The notes: generated from the letters alone by a model not told the origin. Positions 1 to 12,100 are shown, counted from the first letter of the whole stretch. The stretch is DNA of 64,000 nucleotides, filler included, from Pelomyxa schiedti (GCA_020536535.1; 14 parts of 14 records of this genome joined end to end with filler, not necessarily neighbours in it), one strand, 5' to 3'. Program-made: numbers and translations.

Positions 1-688
1 TTACACAATATCAACCACAGAGTGGCAATTTGACTGTAATTTGGTGCTTTTTGGGTGTTATTTCCTGGGTTCTGTAAACCTGATTCATTGGCAAAAGCCT
101 GACTAGGTTGGCAGGAGCTTACTTGTCCAACAATCCCCAGCCCACAACACCCCACCCATCCCACAAACATTGTCCACCATCACTTGCACCGAATCCCAGC
201 ATTGCCTTGGCCATCAGCAGGTGGCCACCGATGCACAAACCCATGAGTGCAGCCACAACCTCCTTCACAGCAGACAATGACTCCCCCCAATCTCGAGTTG
301 TTGTTCCACCTCTGTGGCTGCTGCTGATAGTTTCATTTGTGACTGTGGTTTTGGGGGTGGGTGGCAGAGCAACATTTCTTGTGCCGTTGTTGTTGGTATG
401 GGGGTCATTGCGGAAGCACCAGTCCCTGTTGTTGATGAGCCAAGCGACGCAATGAGAAGCAGGGACACTGGCAGCACTCGCGATCACAGAGTATCGAGAC
501 GAGCCACGACAACCACAACGAGATCGGCAGAGCGCGATTGCCCTGGAGCACACGACCCCGACCAGGGGGAACATCGCCTCGCCGACCCGGAACAGGTCCG
601 TGTTCCTGCACATTTCGTTGACGTATCGGCTTTGTTCGTCGTCGTCGTCGTCGTTGTCGTTGTCGAGCCAGCCTGGTCTCACCACCAT
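1..688 (-). CDS. 5' part of an ankyrin-like helical-repeat family gene ('GLCIGGHL' family), continuing toward or beyond the window edge
   Basis: ORF 119-823 contains VKEVVAALMGLCIGGHLLMAKAMLG..WDGWG, nearly identical to the paralog at 2790-3068; start position uncertain. Confidence 0.55.
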
Positions 689-882
689 GTCCAACACAAC
701 CCGTGAGACTTCAAGAACGTGCCGTGACGATGCTGACGACGCAGAAAATGACAACACCGAGTTGGAATGTAAGTTAGCGTTTAAGGTGAAATTTAAAACT
801 GGAAGGGAAGTGGTTCGACACACTGCTCTCGTTTGTTGCGAGTGACGCCATCAAAAATCGTTCCACTAATTTGTGCTCTAAA

Positions 883-950
883 TGGCTGAAATACTCAACA
901 GACCGGAACGCTGTACTTTTTGTTGTCGTCTCTCAGGATCGGCGGTCTGG
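883..950 (+). repeat. About 70-nt dispersed hairpin element; related copy at 62478-62551 (reverse complement)
   Basis: Shared tggctgaa..caacagaccggaacgctgt..ctcaggatcggcggtctgg with a CAGACCG/CGGTCTG closing stem. Confidence 0.7.
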
Positions 951-1227
951 TGTTTTTCACAGAATACTCAGAATACATGGGACTCTGGGCTTATAAGCAA
1001 CGCCGCTTTCACTCACCTTAGAACAAGTACAATAATAAACATATTCTTCTTCCCTTTCAATCTTCCCATGACCACTACAACGACGAGTACTCCCCGTGAG
1101 GACGTGCCACTCACAACAGGCAGACCACCACCTTCCAAAGAAAACTCGGCTTCCTGATTGTTTCAATACACAAACAACAACATCTTGTGTATAAGTCAGA
1201 CTTGGATTTTTTTCCCTGGGGATGGAA

Positions 1228-3174
1228 TCAGGAGAGGGGCATTGCCAACCACAGTTTTGGGGCATCAGGCACTTCGAAAAGGTTGTGATATGTTCGTGCT
1301 TCCAGGTAGTCACGGAACTCGTTGAGAGTGATTCCAAAGGAGTGGATGATGTGTATGGCCACATGTGGTGATTTTGAAATCATTGGAATGAAGTGACTCC
1401 GAATCACGGCACCGTCAATAGGGTAATGCCTCACAAGAGACTTCCAGCCAACAATGTCAAGGGACTGGTATTCAGAGCATGTTCTGGCCATGTCAAAAAT
1501 CTGTGGTTGCGTTTAAAACAGTCGAAGAGGTGAAGGAGACAAAGGTGCATACATCAGTCAAAGGGATGTCAAAGGACTGGAGAAGCCACTGAACACATCC
1601 ATTCTTCTTTCCAGACAACAACTTGAACAACAACATGTTGTTGTTGGCTCTGATGTGGTTGTACTGCAGGTTGAATTTGCGAATCACCCACTTGACAGCC
1701 TTGCTTGAGAACCGATGGAAACTGCTGGATGTGAGGCATTGTGTTGCAAGCTCAGGTGTCAACAACAAGGAGGAGCCATCAGCAGCAACCAGCTGAGAGA
1801 GGCGCTGCAGAGCAGGAAGGTTGGATTTCATGAAGGCCAAAGTTATCTCCTGAAACTGTGATTGATCGATGTGAGGATCAAACTGGGGGAAGCTCTCCAA
1901 CACAAATGCAACAGTATTGGGAAGAAAAGCTCGAAGTGCTTGGGAAATCGCCTGGTGGATCGAAGTCATGCTCAGTGAAGAAGGTGAGGAGAGGTGCTGG
2001 ATGAACCACTGCAAACCAACCAGCTTTTCCTTATAAACGTGGTAACCACTGCATATCTCTTCCAATGCGTTTCCAGCGATCTCTGTGTTGGTGTCGATGG
2101 ACTGCATCACGTGGAAGGTATCCTCCAACCATTTTGCCACCTCCGTGTTGTTCCAACAGAGTGCCTGAACCATGGAGTGGATGATGTTGGACTCTGAGAG
2201 TGTCACCAGTGTTGCCAGAAACCTCGCAAGTGAAGAACCATTCTTTGCTGATGTGGAACATGCTGATGCAAAGGACTCAGCTGTTGGAGTGCAATTCTTT
2301 TCATTTATCAGCCACTCAACGAATTCCACATCTCCTGTATTTTTGCAAAGACAATTGAATGCCTCCTCTGTTGGAGTCTCTGTGGGGAACAACGAAAGCA
2401 TCCACTTGGCAACATCAACATTTCGAACTGATTCCATCAATTGATTCCAAGAGCTGAGTCCACCCCTCAGGACGTGGCTTTCAGCCCATTCACAATCCCC
2501 TGCAGTCGTGTGCCTGTTGTTCAACAGTGTTCCCACAATAATTTCCTTGTCAGGTCTCACTTGTAAATTCTCCAGACACCACTTGAGATTTCCAGGACAT
2601 TTTCCCATGGCACAGTACAAAAATAGGTTCCTATACCCAGAAGGATGCAGTGGTGGAGCGGTAATCTCAAGGTGCTTGAACAACCACTTGAAAAGTTCCG
2701 TCTTCCCACGAATCAAACATTCCCTCAGTGGCCCAGAAAACTCCAAATACAAGGTTGTCTCATGTCTGTGCTCCCCAACACCAATCACATCACCCACAAG
2801 CCACTTGACAACATCCAAGTTGCCACCCACACACACGGTACATGAACATGAAATTCCCACATTCTGCTCTCACATGCTCAATCACCCTTTCCCACAACGT
2901 GGTTCTCACTTCCTTGTCCAACAATCCCCAGCCCACAACGCCCCACCCATCCCACAAACATTGTCCACCATCACTTGCACCCAATCCCAGCATCGCCTTG
3001 GCCATCCCAAGGTGGCCACCAATGCACAAACCCATGAGTGCAGCCACAACCTCCTTCACAGCAGGCAATGACTCCCCCCAATCACGACGTTGTTCGCCCG
3101 CAACTGCACAACAATCTCGAGTTGTTCCATTTCTTCTACCCTCGGTATCAGTTGCTTTGTCATTGTTGCAGTTG
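1228..3174 (-). pseudogene. Ankyrin-like helical-repeat family gene, frameshifted, 5' end cut by a spacer
   Basis: Repeated GNLDVVKWL / VDVAKWM / VEFVEWL / TEVAKWL motifs; frame changes at the (CA)n run near 2830 (FMYRVC to VGGNLD); GT-AG intron near 1500-1550 joins ORF 1228-1491. Confidence 0.6.
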
Positions 3175-3274
3175 NNNNNNNNNNNNNNNNNNNNNNNNNN
3201 NNNNNNNNNNNNNNNNNNTTAATTAATTAANNNNNNNNNNNNNNNNNNNNNNNNNNNNNNNNNNNNNNNNNNNN
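3175..3274. other. Artificial contig spacer N44-TTAATTAATTAA-N44; identical spacers at 22773, 24500, 31192, 32749, 34303, 53418, 54583, 55927, 57142, 58503, 60286, 62102
   Basis: Identical 100-nt unit with stop codons in all six frames, present 13 times. Confidence 0.98.
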
Positions 3275-3791
3275 GGAAAATTACCTATTTGAGAGTGGTT
3301 TTTTGTTAATCCAACAAGGTGTTGCTGCCATCTAATATTTACTTGAAATGGAAAAACATCAGCTTGATTTGAAATTATACTCATAAGACCGGCACACTTT
3401 TCGTCAATCATTTTATTAACATTTTCCTTGAGAGAATCGAATTCTCTCTGGAGGTCTGCAACAGTGGAAGCCCGGCTCTGCAAATGTTAATAAATTAATA
3501 CTTTAAGTGGGGGTTGGGAATCCTTTCCTTTTCCACTTCCACTGCTGCAGACGAGGAAGAAGCCGCAACCACATCAGGAATATCTTCATCATGACCCCCA
3601 ACATTGGAATCATCAGGAAACGGGTTCACATTGTGACACGGTGTCACTACCCACTTTAAAGGGGTGGGCCTCGTTTTCTTGTTGCTGATTTTTTTGCTGT
3701 TGGCTTTTGTGGCGCGCGCTCCGGTCGGCCCATAATTGCGCGCAGTCGGCTTCGCTGTCAGTTCCTTGACGGGGGAATCACCGCGTCTCAT
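3275..3791 (-). CDS. 5' exons of an unknown spliced gene (MRRGDSPVKEL...), second copy at 5191-5710
   Basis: ORFs 3495-3833 and 3223-3483 (coiled-coil-like DLQREFDSLKENVNKM) linked by a short intron-like AT-rich stretch. Confidence 0.4.
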
Positions 3792-3972
3792 CGTGCTCGA
3801 TGTTTTTTTTTTTTTTGTGTGCGCGCGTACCAACGTGTTTAATAAGTGTTATTAATAACTGGTGGACTGTCACGTCGGGGCTAACCAGGAAAGCGCATTG
3901 CCATTGTTAGAAAAAAATAAAAAGAGTTTTTTACCGGGATACGGATCTCTTATCTCTTCTTTCAAATCTCAC

Positions 3973-5090
3973 ATGAAGCACAGGCGTGAGTTTCCCACGC
4001 CTCAGACTCGCGTAGGGTCTGCCCCTGGTTGCTTGGGGCGCGGGAGAACCCGCCGCCAACAAGGGAAGGCCGTCACAACAACAACGACGACTACCACTAC
4101 GACGACGACATCAACGACAACAGCTGAAACAGAGGGGCCCTCACTGGTGACTGCCGATGTGTTGACGAAAAAGACCACTCTGACCAGGAGGAAGGAAACC
4201 ACAAGGGACCAATTATGGGCTCTGGCCTGCGCCACGCACCCTCGATGCGGCCAATTATGGGTGCCGGCTGTTGTGGTGGCGACGGATCTCTGGTGCTGAG
4301 GCTGCTGTGGCAGTGGCTGATTGACAACTCGAGGTTCTACTGCGTGCAGTGGGGCAACAAAAATGGGTACACAGTGACCATCACGTTTGGCGTCTCCTTG
4401 GCCCTGCTGACGCTCACGCACGAAATGAGGTGGTGGGTGCAGCGGCGCGACGAGGCGGTGTTCCGCGCCAACGAGGACTACGTCGTGCTGCAGAAGGGGC
4501 CGCTCTACTGCGCGCGAGATAGGGCCACTGGCCGGATGATACAGCTCCTCAGCCGCAAAAGGCGGCAGGACCGGTCCAATGGGGAGTGACTAACAGGAAG
4601 TGGATGGTGCTGTGCGAGTCCAGGGCCAGGGAGATGGTCGCTGTTGGGATTCCAAGAAAGAACACGGCTGGCAATGTGGCCGTCAAACTGCCAACTGCTG
4701 TTCCTCTTGGTTGCACTGCTGGAAGTGAGGGAAGGTATTGGAGGCATTGTATACCTCACTTTGGTACCGCGAACGAAGACCACGTTCTGCTCCTGCTCGA
4801 TGATTATGAGCACTTCTTTGAGATTGTATTGGTTGACCTTGTGCGAACGTGTTCATCCAAGGCATTGGCTGTGCTGAGCTCAACTGTTCCAAGATTGGAG
4901 GACTTGCACCTTTCTAACTTCGGGAACTTCCGAAACACCAACTATTTTGTGCTGACACAGCAGAGTGGGGTTCGTTCATTTGTAATGGAAAGTTCTTTTT
5001 CCCCCCAGATACTCATAATTGAGGAAGGAACTGGCAGATTACAGCAGTTTCTCCAGTCAGTTGACAGGTCAGACTGGTGGGTTTCACAGC
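3973..5090 (+). pseudogene. HPRCG-family copy, two frameshifts, cut by gap
   Basis: TRDQLWALACATHPRCG; 28-nt deletion after RCG and 2-nt insertion near 4575 relative to the second copy. Confidence 0.7.
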
Positions 5091-5908
5091 NNNNNNNNNN
5101 NNNNNNNNNNNNNNNNNNNNNNNNNNNNNNNNNNNNNNNNNNNNNNNNNNNNNNNNNNNNNNNNNNNNNNNNNNNNNNNNNNNNNNNNNNGGAAAATTAC
5201 CTATTTGAGAGTGGTTTTTTGTTAATCCAACAAGGTGTTGCTGCCATCTAATATTTACTTGAAATGGAAAAACATCAGCTTGATTTGAAATTATACTCAT
5301 AAGACCGGCACGCTTTTCGTCAATCATTTTATTTACATTTTCCTCGAGAGAATCGAATTCTCTCTGGAGGTCTGCAACAGTGGAAGCCCGGCTCTGCAAA
5401 TGTTAATAAATTAATACTTTCAGTGGGGGTTGGGAATCCTTTCCTTTTCCACTTCCACTGCTGCAGACGAGGAAGAAGAAGCCGCAACCACATCAGGAAT
5501 ATCTTCATCATGACCCCCAACATTGGAATCATCAGGAAACGGGTTCACACTGTGACACGGTGTCACAACCCACTTTAAAGGGGTGGGCCTCGTTTTCTTG
5601 TTGCTGATTGTTTTGCCGTTGGCTTTTGTGGCGCGCGCTCCGGTCGGCCCATAATTGCGCGCAGTCGGCTTCGCTGTCAGTTCCTTGACGGGGGAATCAC
5701 CGCGTCTCATCGTGCTCGATGTTTTTTTTTTTTTTTTGTGTGCGCGCGTACCAACGTGTTTAATAAGTGTTATTATTAGTCGCAATAAACTGGTGGACTG
5801 TCACGTCGGGGCTAACCAGGAAAGCGCATCGCATTGCCATTGTTAGAAAAAGAAAAAAAAGAGTTTTACCGGGATACTGATCTCTTATCTTCTTTCGCCA
5901 AATCTCAC

Positions 5909-7368
5909 ATGGCGCGACATGAAGCACCCGAGTGTCTTGAGTTTCCCACGCCTCAGACTCGCGTAGGGTCTGCCCCTGGTTGCTTGGGGCGCGGGAGAAC
6001 CCGCCGCCAACGAGGGAAGGCCGTCACCTCGACGCGCACGTCAACAACAACGACGACTACAACTACGACGACGACATCAACGACAACAGCTGAAACAGAG
6101 GGCACCTCACTGGTGACTGCCGATGTGTTGACGAAAAAGACCACTCTGACCAGGAGGAAGGAAACCACCAGGGACCAATTATGGGCTCTGGCCTGCGCCA
6201 CGCACCCTCGATGCGGCGCCCGGTGCCACCTGCTGCTGCTGCAGCCAATTATGGGTGCCGGCTGTTGTGGTGGCGACGGATCTCTGGTGCTGAGGCTGCT
6301 GTGGCAGTGGCTGATTGACAACTCGAGGTTCTACTGCGTGCAGTGGGGCAACAAAAATGGGTACACAGTGACCATCACGTTTGGCGTCTCCTTGGCCCGC
6401 TGCTGACGCTGACGCGCGAAATGAGGTGGTGGGTGCAGCGGCGCGACGAGGCGGTGTTCCGGGCCAACGAGGACTACGTCGTGCTGCAGAAGGGGCCGCT
6501 CTACTGCGCGCGAGATAGGGCCACTGGCCAGATGATACAGCTCGTCAGCCGCAAAAGGCGGCAGGACCGGCAATGGGGAGTGACTAACAGGAAGTGGATG
6601 GTGCTGTGCGAGTCCAGGGCCAGGGAGATGGTCGCTGTTGGGATTCCAAGAAAGAACACGGCTGGCCATGTGGCCGTCAAACTGCCAACTGCTGTTCCTC
6701 TTGGTTGCACTGCTGGAAGTGAGGGAAGGTATTGGAGGCATTGTATACCTCACTTTGGGACCGCGAACGAAGACCACGTTCTGCTCCTGCTCGATGATTA
6801 TGAGCACTTCTTTGAGATTGTATTGGTTGACCTTGTGCGAATGTGTTCATCCAAGGCATTGGCTGTGCTGAGCTCAACTGTTCCAAGATTGGAGGACTTG
6901 CACCTTTCTAACTTCGGGAACTTCCGAAACACCAACTATTTTGTGCTGAGACAGCAGAGTGGAGTTCGTTCATTTGTAATGGAAAGTTCTTTTTCCCCCC
7001 AGATACTCATAATTGAGGAAGGAACTGGCAGATTACAGCAGTTTCTCCAGTCAGTTGACAGGTCAGACTGGTGGGTTTCACAGCTGAACGAGTCGCAGTG
7101 CTGTGTCTTTGGCCTGGGCATGGACACCTACACTGTGTGGGACATCAATGATACAAGAAAGCCAGTAAGATCACATAAATGCCCCAGGATTTCCAAGATG
7201 ATCAACCAGTGTTTTGTCGAAGGTAGCCTACTGTTCCAAATGAGTGAATCCCACACGGAATTACACGTGACTGAGGAGTCCTCTGGTGACCATGTCATAT
7301 CATTCCAGTTGTTCAGACCCATTGACACCTTCTATGACTGGTTCTCCTTCCATCACAGTCACCTTTAG
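5909..7368 (+). pseudogene. HPRCG-family copy with one frameshift near 6398
   Basis: ORFs 5834-6406 and 6343-7368 align end to end with the 7612-8961 and 15778-17151 paralogs; extra 2 nt at GCC-CG-CTG. Confidence 0.75.
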
Positions 7369-7611
7369 GACTACCCCCACATGAGTTTTTAAGAAAACTC
7401 CGTTTTTTCCTTCACTCACAACAATCGAGCAGAGGAAATCATCAAAATCACCAAGTTGGTACTTGCAGCTTGTTTGTAGCTTGTCCGTTCAACACCGATG
7501 TACATCCCACGCGGACACAGACAAAGAAACCGGGGCAGTCGCGTAGCTACGCGTACCAAAACAGGAAAAGAAAGTGCAGTTGCTGAGCAAGTAAAAGGAC
7601 AACATAAGTTT

Positions 7612-8961
7612 TTAGGAGTGAAGGAAAGAGAAACTCCTGTCTACTACCCCAAGGGGCCTGAACAAGTGGAAAGTGATTACACTGGCACCAGAGGACTCCT
7701 CAGCCACCTGTATCTCTTTGCGTGACGCACTCAATTGGAACAGCAGGCCGCCTTCAACAAAGTGGGAGTTGCTTCCCCTCTGACGTTTCTGTGTCCTCAC
7801 AGGCTTGTTTGTGTCATTGATATCCCACACTTCATAACAGGCCCTTCCAGGGAAAAAAACACAGTACTGTGACTCGTTCAGCAATGACGTGCGCCATACT
7901 TCATGTGTAAGTGTTTGTACCAGTTGTGTAACTTTGCCAGTCCCCTCTTCAACTGCCAACAAATGAGGAGAGGTCACACTGTAGGAGACAAATACACGAG
8001 CACCACTCTGCTCTGTCACAACAAAATACGTGTTCCAGCAGAGGAACTCATCATAATAATGAAGTTGCAGAGTTTCCAACCTGGGAACAGTTGCACTCAG
8101 CACAGCCAGCTTGTTGGTGGCACACGTTTGAGCAAGGTCAACCAAAACAAGCTCAAAAAACGTTGACTTGCAGAACCTGTCACTGACCCACAACAACAGG
8201 TGGTTTTCACTGAGACTAGGAAATGCAGCACCGCAGTACCTCCAGTGCCCGTCAATGACATCGAGTGAAACAACAGTTGGACTCTTGACTGTTGTTTGAC
8301 CAGCAGTGTTCTTCCTTGGAATATGCACAATCACCAGCTCCCTTGAGTGGCTGTAACGCACAACAAACCACTTTCCATTGCTGCACTGTCCGAACTGCCT
8401 TTTCTCGTTGGCAAACAGCAGTACCCTCCGCCCAGTGACCCTGTCCTGCAGGAAGAAGAACGGTCTCTTGCTCACAACCAGGAAGTCCTGATTGGCAGCA
8501 AGTATCCTGCCGCGTCGCAACCCTTCCACCCACCACACCACTTCATGCGTCAGCGTCAACAGCGTCAATGACACTCCAAACGTGACCGTCACGCAATCTC
8601 CGGCGGACAACGTGTCCAGCCCCAACACCAGAAAATAGATCCTTGTGTTTTCGATCAGCCACGCCCACAACAGACTCACAGCCAGCGTCCCGCCGCAACA
8701 ACCACCACTGCCACCACCACCACCGCAGCAACCCATAATCGACATCGGCGGCAGCAGCAACTGTTGCAGGGGGCACCGGGCCCCGCACCGAGGGTGCGTC
8801 CCGGCAGCTAGAGCACCAACCTGGTCCCTCGCCGTCGTGCAATCGCACCAAAGTCCGTTGTTACGAAGTTCCTGGTACGCACCCACGGTTACAGCTCGGC
8901 CTACACGTGGGTGTCGGTTCATTTTTTGGTGTGATTCAGAGAAAAGAACAGGAGGTCCCAC
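7612..8961 (-). CDS. HPRCG-family protein, intact and intronless
   Basis: 449-aa ORF with ARDQVGALAAGTHPRCGARCPL and C-terminal LNESQYCVF..YEVWDIND..FVEGGLLFQ. Confidence 0.85.
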   Translation of the reverse strand: MGPPVLFSESHQKMNRHPRVGRAVTVGAYQELRNNGLWCDCTTARDQVGALAAGTHPRCGARCPLQQLLLPPMSIMGCCGGGGGSGGCCGGTLAVSLLWAWLIENTRIYFLVLGLDTLSAGDCVTVTFGVSLTLLTLTHEVVWWVEGLRRGRILAANQDFLVVSKRPFFFLQDRVTGRRVLLFANEKRQFGQCSNGKWFVVRYSHSRELVIVHIPRKNTAGQTTVKSPTVVSLDVIDGHWRYCGAAFPSLSENHLLLWVSDRFCKSTFFELVLVDLAQTCATNKLAVLSATVPRLETLQLHYYDEFLCWNTYFVVTEQSGARVFVSYSVTSPHLLAVEEGTGKVTQLVQTLTHEVWRTSLLNESQYCVFFPGRACYEVWDINDTNKPVRTQKRQRGSNSHFVEGGLLFQLSASRKEIQVAEESSGASVITFHLFRPLGVVDRSFSFLHS

Positions 8962-8990
8962 AATTCACCCTGAGATTTCCTGGTTTATAT
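8954..8990 (+). promoter_or_regulatory. DUSE/USE-like element (TCCCACAA) plus TATA-like TTTATAT
   Basis: GGTCCCACAATTC is kept in front of both copies while the 15-16 nt spacer between it and the element differs. Confidence 0.45.
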
Positions 8991-9137
8991 TCGACCACGG
9001 TGAAAAGAGAAAGATTAACATTTATAACAAGTGGACATCATTTGTGTCGCAAGACAGTTTCAATAAACTGTTTTCACCCGCAAAGCGTGGTGCGGTCTCT
9101 GGCAAATATTCCTTTGCTTGGTGGCCGTTTTTGAAAA
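8983..9137 (+). ncRNA. Candidate structured small RNA gene or element, copy 1
   Basis: 155-bp perfect inverted copy at 20315-20469; several hairpins including TGTC-GCAA-GACA; ends in TTTTT; upstream GGTCCCACAATTC. Confidence 0.5.
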
Positions 9138-9179
9138 GCAAAAAAAAACTCGTATCTACAAAACCAAAAAAAATCTTCT

Positions 9180-12100
9180 CTACAGTTTCTGTTGCAAGAT
9201 ACCAATAATTTCCTCCATGGTTGGTCTTTGAGCCGGGTCGGCAACCCAACAGCTGTTCACGATGTCCTTAGCCCATTGTGGTATCATACTTGCTGGGCCC
9301 CCTGAGGATGAAGACAGTCTCGCGTTTCTCTTTGGGAGTGACGGGAGTATGGCACCTGAGGCCAGGGCCTGGGCGACCTGAATGTGCCTCAGCTTCACTG
9401 CAACTGTTGTTGTGGTGGACGACGATGAAGGAACGATGTGAGCGTATTCGGGGTTGTGTTCAAGTTCCGCGAACGGCGATGTGAGGGGATCTACGAGAAC
9501 ATAGCAGACCATGGCTGTATGAATGAATGTGAGAAAAATCCTATGATTTATATCTATTTCCGCTATCTCTATATTATATTATTGCTCGCGGAACGAAGAG
9601 AAAATTCTAGAAGGCAGAACTTCCACTCACCAAAGCTCCAAACATCGGACTTGATTCCGCACTTGGAAGTAGCAAGCACTTCCGGAGCATAAACGTTGAT
9701 GTTTGAGAAGGTTGTTTGTACACTGAGAGATGTTCCGGAATACAAAGTCTGGGATAACCCAAAATCGGCAACCTATGCAATGTTACTTAGGCAATTGCTT
9801 ATACCAGAGTCGGGGTAGTAACCTTAGCCCAGGGTCCCGTACCTGACTCATCCAATGAAGAAATAAAAATGTTTCCTAGCAATCAAGTATATATAAGCAG
9901 TGTTTGGGAAATATTTAAGAAAGTAACCTGTGTGGAAGTCACCATGGAGGATCGGAGGAATTTGTTGATGTAGGTAATTTAAAGCACGGGCCACATCAAC
10001 AAGGATCTGCTTCCTCATCACCATAGGCAAAACTTGGTCGAGGACTGAGAGGGTGTTATTCCCTTTATTTACACATAATTCCAGAAGTGAACTCAAGTCA
10101 GGTTTGTTTATTGTGTCTACCCCAAGAACACTGCCAAGGTGTGGAGGGAGGATGGGAAGGACAAACTCCATCACCAACCACAGCTTCGGGTGCAGGCAGG
10201 CCCCAAAGAATCGGACGATGTTCAGGTGCGCAGACACAACACTCATTACTGTCATCTCGGCTATGAAGGCAGACATATTCCTTGGAGTGATTTCTTCCAG
10301 TGGCTCTTTTACTGCCACTGCTTGGCCTCTCCACTCTGCACGCATGACCTTCCCAAATCCCCCTTTCATTTCACTGCTTCCTTCCGTTCCTGAGGAAGCT
10401 GTAGCTGGTGGCACCGAGGCTGAAGTGTGGTTGTACTCCGCAGCTAAAATTGGTGGCCGGGAAACCCCACTGTGGAAGTGAATATCCCGTGCCTTGATAA
10501 TTGGCAGGTGCTGAAGTGTAATGTCTGGCGCGATCAATGTAACCTTCACTGGTTCACCGTGAGACTCAGCTCCTTCACCATTGGTGCAAATAAGTTCTTT
10601 CTTCCCTGACCGGCAGGCATTAACAATGACCTCATTGGAAAAGTAATATATGTTGTCAGGTAATGCTTGTATCATCAGTGTGCCAGAGCTGATGGGTGTT
10701 GATTCTGGGTGTGGAGATGGCAGAAGATTCCGCTGTTGAGAAGAAAACTGAAACAGGCAATGTGGGCATGGAAATGACTGGGTCATAGATGTGAAGAGGT
10801 GGGAATAAAATGAACAGATGAGCTGGTGGAGTAAGTTCATAACCGCGATGAGTAGATTACTTTTTCTGGTCCTGAGTTTTTGTATTTGAGCTCTCTGGAA
10901 CTTCCTTTGGAACCTCTGTTTGCATGCAAATTCTGATGAAGTGGCTTTCACTATTATGAGTAATTAACAACCTTTGGACTTGTGCCACAGATGGAGAAGG
11001 CCCTTGAAGTGAGCTCCTTACCACTAAACCAGATTTCCAGAGTATAACTGGAATAACCTGCGGGATTTGAAGGATCATGGTCATCATCCGTGAGAAAAAG
11101 CCACAAGGTAAAAAGTCAAATTTAATAGCCCGGCCATTGAAGGTCAGAGGAAAACCTCTAGTATTCCAAAAATCATGAAGGGCCATCCGATTTTCCGCAG
11201 TATCTGGCAGACCATCAGGGAGAAGGGAGGGGATCAAGAGGCGGCCATCTGGCATCCTGCTTACAATCTCAAACCGTTCCATAAGCTCAACAAGGGTTCT
11301 GTGTACCACCACTGGAAACTTTGAGAAGGCATGGGGAATGCGGTTGTCCTCCAGGAATCCATCAAAAATCCATCGGGAGTTGCCGGCAATGGAGATGAGA
11401 GAGGTCATCACCTTTGAGAGCCACGCCGGCTTCAAAATTACTAATTCCTCAAGAGTTAGGCCTTTTTTGGTTGATGCAGGAAGATTCAAGATCAAGGGTT
11501 CAGAACTAGAACTCAGAGAAGTTCTTCCTCTTCCTTGTTGAGGTCGGAAGTGAATGATAGCCCCACAGTCGGCCAAAAAATCAGAGCACATGTGAACCTC
11601 CTGCAAGAAGCGAGTATCACCTCCTTCAACTCCGCAGTTTTTGGCAACTTGAATAAACTCTTCCCAGTGCATAGTTTCCTGCTTCTTCTTGGCAATTTCA
11701 TCATACAAGTCAACCCAGTTTTTAGATACATGAATCTGCTGCCGGTTGGCAAGCTCCTCCAGGAGTTTGGCAACGGATTCCACACCGGCTTTTAACAGCG
11801 TAGCATTGTGGACTTGTTGATTCACTTGCAGCTGAAGGCCTTCTCCACTTGCCAGGTTCACGGCAAAAACGCCAGCGAAGGTGTTTTTGTGTGCACTGCT
11901 TATTTTGCTCAAGATAGTAGTGGCATTCGCCGCCGTCGTGCTATCTAGGTGGGTGCCAACGAGTACAATTCCAAAATCTCTGCTTGTTCCAACAGCACCG
12001 CCTTGCGAAACAGCAATCTGGTTTATCCAATACCCAATTTTCGGGGGAAGTACAAGACCACCTGAAACAGTGACAAGTGAAATATCAAAAACCAATAAGA

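Larger units (their letters stand above)
3275..7080. repeat. About 1.8-1.9 kb direct duplication (3275-5090 vs 5191-7080) across a 100-N gap
   Basis: Both copies start ggaaaattacctatttgagag and are near identical apart from small indels. Confidence 0.9.
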
